The position numbers were made by a program, and so were the translations under genes. A stretch of DNA of 62,192 nucleotides, filler included, from Globobulimina sp. (Eukaryota), in assembly GCA_003354225.1 (NCBI GenBank). It is 19 parts of 19 records of this genome, joined end to end, with 100 filler letters (N's around TTAATTAATTAA, not from the genome) between each part and the next. Parts side by side here need not be neighbours in the genome. Positions count along the whole stretch, not along the records: positions 59,017 to 62,192 come from PIVH01003499.1; 18 more parts are not named here. One strand, given 5' to 3'. Within the stretch, counting starts at the first letter, position 1. Each line of letters begins with the position of its first letter. This document shows positions 59,328 through 62,192 of the stretch, piece by piece. The notes beneath the pieces were generated by a model. The model saw only the letters and a list, made by a program, of their open reading frames with translations. It was not told the origin of the DNA and did not search any database.

Positions 59328-60971
59328 ATGAATTCATGCGAGCAAAAAGAACAAAAAATAGATGACGCTCACATTACAAAGCTATACTACGGTTTCAATA
59401 GAGTTTATTTCAAAGAATGTACAGGAAAAACATTCACATTAAACAACAAAGTGCATTCATTCAAATCATTATCAGATGAAAAATCAATCAAAATTGTGAA
59501 ACAACGACGTTTGCCACAAATAGATTTAGGAATGGAATATTCACATTTATTGCTACCATCAATGCCTTGCCATGACATAGAAATTATAAATTCAGATAAA
59601 AACACTACTGCTAAAAACAAAGCAAATGGATTAATATCATTATCGCCTTTAATTAAAACAAAAGAAAGTGATTATTCTGTTAATAAAAACATTATTGGTT
59701 ATAAATCCGGAGTGCGTTCAGCATTAATTTGCATTGAAAACAAAGAAGAAGAATGTCAATGGTATCGATTAAAAGGATGCGGCAATAATAACATTGGATA
59801 TTTCCCATTTGAATGCATTGAAGATGGCCAATCACCATTGGTACAAATAAGAGGATGTTGCTTTAAACACACTGCATTTCGAGAATTAAAAATGACAAAC
59901 GATATCACACAAATATTAAATAAATATAATATTCATTCCGCAAATGAATCGCATGGATGGTATGAATATGATATTGATAAATATTGCAACAAAGTAATCA
60001 GAACTTGCGCAGTATTTAAAACCAAAGGAAATAAACGATTTGGTGATCATTTAATGAATGGATTACTGAAAATATTACCCATTATAATTGATATGGAAAA
60101 CGTGTCTATTTCCGATATTTATAATTTATTTCCACAAATAAGAAAACAACAAATGAAAGATATGAAATGGAAAGTAATGCAAACTTATTTGGCGGTGTTA
60201 TGTGAGATTGAAATTATAAATTTAAACTTGAAAAATGATGGAAACGATATTAAAATTGCTTTGAAGGAATGTATTGATGTCAATGGAGATTTAAAATGGT
60301 TGTTTGGTGATGCAAATGATTGTAAATATAAGGAAAGTTTATGGAGATATCAATGTGATAAATACAATGAAATAATATCAAATATTGATGATAAAGAGAT
60401 AATAAATAGATTGGTAATTGATATTTTTTATAGGTTAGGTTTTGAGAGCGGTTTTATTCAAAAATTATTACATTTAAATAATATAAGTTGGGGAACTTAT
60501 AATGATTCATTGGGGACACATTGTAATGCGCATTGCAATAATTATGTGATATTACCATATCATGAATTTATAAAATATAATTTTTGTTTGGCTCCATTGG
60601 ATTTTGATATGGCTTTTTATGAAAATGAATATATTGAAGATATGGAAGAGAAACAATATACATTTGACGAGTTAATAGTTATGGAATGTAATGGAAATAG
60701 AGTGTCATTGAGTGGCGACCCTGAGATAAGTACAGGTGTCCATTGGAAGGAAGAGGATGATGGATATAAATATGAAGATAATGAAGAACGGAATAAATTT
60801 GATTTAATTAATTGGGCATTACGAGATACATTAATCTGTTCATTTGATAGAGCTTATAATAATAAACACAATAATGAAAAATATATTTTTGAATGGAATG
60901 AAAATAAACAGAAATTGATGTATGCTATTTTTAATCTTGCTTTAATTGCTACTTTGGATGTGGTTGCATGA
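59328..60971 (+). CDS. Uncharacterised atypical protein-kinase-like (SelO-like) protein
   Basis: WYRLKGCG, TAFRE, LHLNNISWG..HCNAHCNNYVI, LAPLDFD. Confidence 0.55.
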   Translation: MNSCEQKEQKIDDAHITKLYYGFNRVYFKECTGKTFTLNNKVHSFKSLSDEKSIKIVKQRRLPQIDLGMEYSHLLLPSMPCHDIEIINSDKNTTAKNKANGLISLSPLIKTKESDYSVNKNIIGYKSGVRSALICIENKEEECQWYRLKGCGNNNIGYFPFECIEDGQSPLVQIRGCCFKHTAFRELKMTNDITQILNKYNIHSANESHGWYEYDIDKYCNKVIRTCAVFKTKGNKRFGDHLMNGLLKILPIIIDMENVSISDIYNLFPQIRKQQMKDMKWKVMQTYLAVLCEIEIINLNLKNDGNDIKIALKECIDVNGDLKWLFGDANDCKYKESLWRYQCDKYNEIISNIDDKEIINRLVIDIFYRLGFESGFIQKLLHLNNISWGTYNDSLGTHCNAHCNNYVILPYHEFIKYNFCLAPLDFDMAFYENEYIEDMEEKQYTFDELIVMECNGNRVSLSGDPEISTGVHWKEEDDGYKYEDNEERNKFDLINWALRDTLICSFDRAYNNKHNNEKYIFEWNENKQKLMYAIFNLALIATLDVVA

Positions 60972-61134
60972 CATACTTTAACGTAATAACGCCCTGGAAA
61001 GAGATGGGTACGTTTCCTAAAAGCATGCAAGTTATATTTATGTTACAATCTAGATTCAACAAAAATAGTAAACCATTGAAAATAGCAACAACAAATAATC
61101 AGTTGGGGAAATCCGTACAAAAAACGGGTTATAT

Positions 61135-62187
61135 TTATTGTTTTACGCGTTTAGCTTTTTTTTGATGTTTTTTACCATTGATATGTTGATCCCAATGAGT
61201 TTCAGTATTTGGTACTAATTTGTTACAAATCTCACATAATTTATCTTTCTCTAAATCAACAACTTTCTGTTTGTTCCGTTTTTTCTTTGTTGGATTTAAA
61301 CGTATTTTATGCTCACAATGCTGACAGACAAACCATTCATTATCAATGTCTTTATCATGTTCAGCTAATATAACATCTCCTAAATAGCTCCAAATAATTT
61401 CCATTGCCGAATATCGCATAGAAATATATTTCTCATTCTGTTCACTATAAATATTAAATGTCCGTTCAATTGCATTTATATAACATTCTTTTGCTAATTT
61501 ATTAATACCTTTTTTCTCAATTAATTCATTACATTTTGCAGCGGATTTTGGATCTAATGACCTTATAATTGGCGTACAACAACATTTTATATTTGTTGAA
61601 TTTCTTTCAATTTCTAAATTTGTTCGTATTTCATCATAAAAACAATTTAGTGCAGTCTCAGCTTTTAAGGAATGATCGGACCCAATAAATGACTCATTAT
61701 TTTTATACATTTTATTCCAAAATAATTCATGCTTCATATGTTGAAAAAATAATAATTTAAATTTAAACACATAATCATTATTATTCAATGTAAAATAAAT
61801 GTCTTTTTTAAATTTCGTTTTTCGATATAATTTGTAGAAAATATTTAATTTTTCATATATATCATTTGTAGAATTTTGTACTCGAATTGCTTGATTTTTT
61901 TTATTGTTTTTAAATTGATCAATCATTCCACATTCAATAATATCAACTGTATTGATTGAACTATCCACACATTCGAAAAATAAATGATTTAATTCATCCT
62001 CTGTCATTTCAAATTCTTTTTTTGCCATAATTTCAAAATTATGTTTTTTTAAATTTATACAAAAATTATTTGATTCTTCACTACTCATCGATTCTGAAAT
62101 TACTTTAGATGTATTTAATTTCGCACTGTATTTAATTTCGCACTTGATATTGAATTGCGAAATTAAATACTGCGAAATTAAATCCAT
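61135..62187 (-). CDS. Protein with C-terminal matrin/U1-type C2H2 zinc finger, probably 5' partial
   Basis: CEICNKLVPNTETHWDQHINGKKHQKK. Confidence 0.7.
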   Translation of the reverse strand: MDLISQYLISQFNIKCEIKYSAKLNTSKVISESMSSEESNNFCINLKKHNFEIMAKKEFEMTEDELNHLFFECVDSSINTVDIIECGMIDQFKNNKKNQAIRVQNSTNDIYEKLNIFYKLYRKTKFKKDIYFTLNNNDYVFKFKLLFFQHMKHELFWNKMYKNNESFIGSDHSLKAETALNCFYDEIRTNLEIERNSTNIKCCCTPIIRSLDPKSAAKCNELIEKKGINKLAKECYINAIERTFNIYSEQNEKYISMRYSAMEIIWSYLGDVILAEHDKDIDNEWFVCQHCEHKIRLNPTKKKRNKQKVVDLEKDKLCEICNKLVPNTETHWDQHINGKKHQKKAKRVKQ

Positions 62188-62192
62188 TTAGA

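Noticed and set aside
61135-62187. tRNA isopentenyltransferase (similar C-terminal zinc finger)
   Set aside because: No IPPT motifs visible upstream of the finger.

Overview
This window is not one locus. It is 19 unrelated contigs of about 3.18 kb, sorted by length and joined by 100-nt artificial spacers (N44-TTAATTAATTAA-N44), so gene neighbourhood only counts within a contig. The DNA is AT-rich and eukaryotic, with short GT-AG introns (mostly 58-86 nt) and very short intergenic gaps. An intron-containing nirK and several lineage-expanded orphan families suggest a benthic foraminiferan (Rhizaria); this assignment is inference. Recognisable genes: TSR1, TRRAP/Tra1 (partial), CYFIP/Sra1, COG3, cGMP-dependent kinase, kynureninase, EXD3/mut-7-like exonuclease, MFS transporters, a MAPEG protein, a GON4L/DUO3-like SANT protein, a Man1/Src1-like protein, and F-box, RCC1 and ankyrin proteins. 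Mobile DNA: a DIRS-type retrotransposon, a gag-like ORF, palindromic MITE-like elements and a tRNA-derived sequence. The best finding is at 43026-45808 (-): three ORFs splice in frame into one protein of about 800 aa, with a membrane anchor, an N-glycosylation-rich stalk, a complete copper nitrite reductase (NirK), a Cys-rich linker and a C-terminal DOMON-like domain with candidate Met/His heme ligands. This looks like a secretory-pathway NirK with a built-in electron donor. Other candidates: an ADP-ribosyltransferase-fold family, a signal-peptide plus tandem-PH protein, and a SelO-like atypical kinase.
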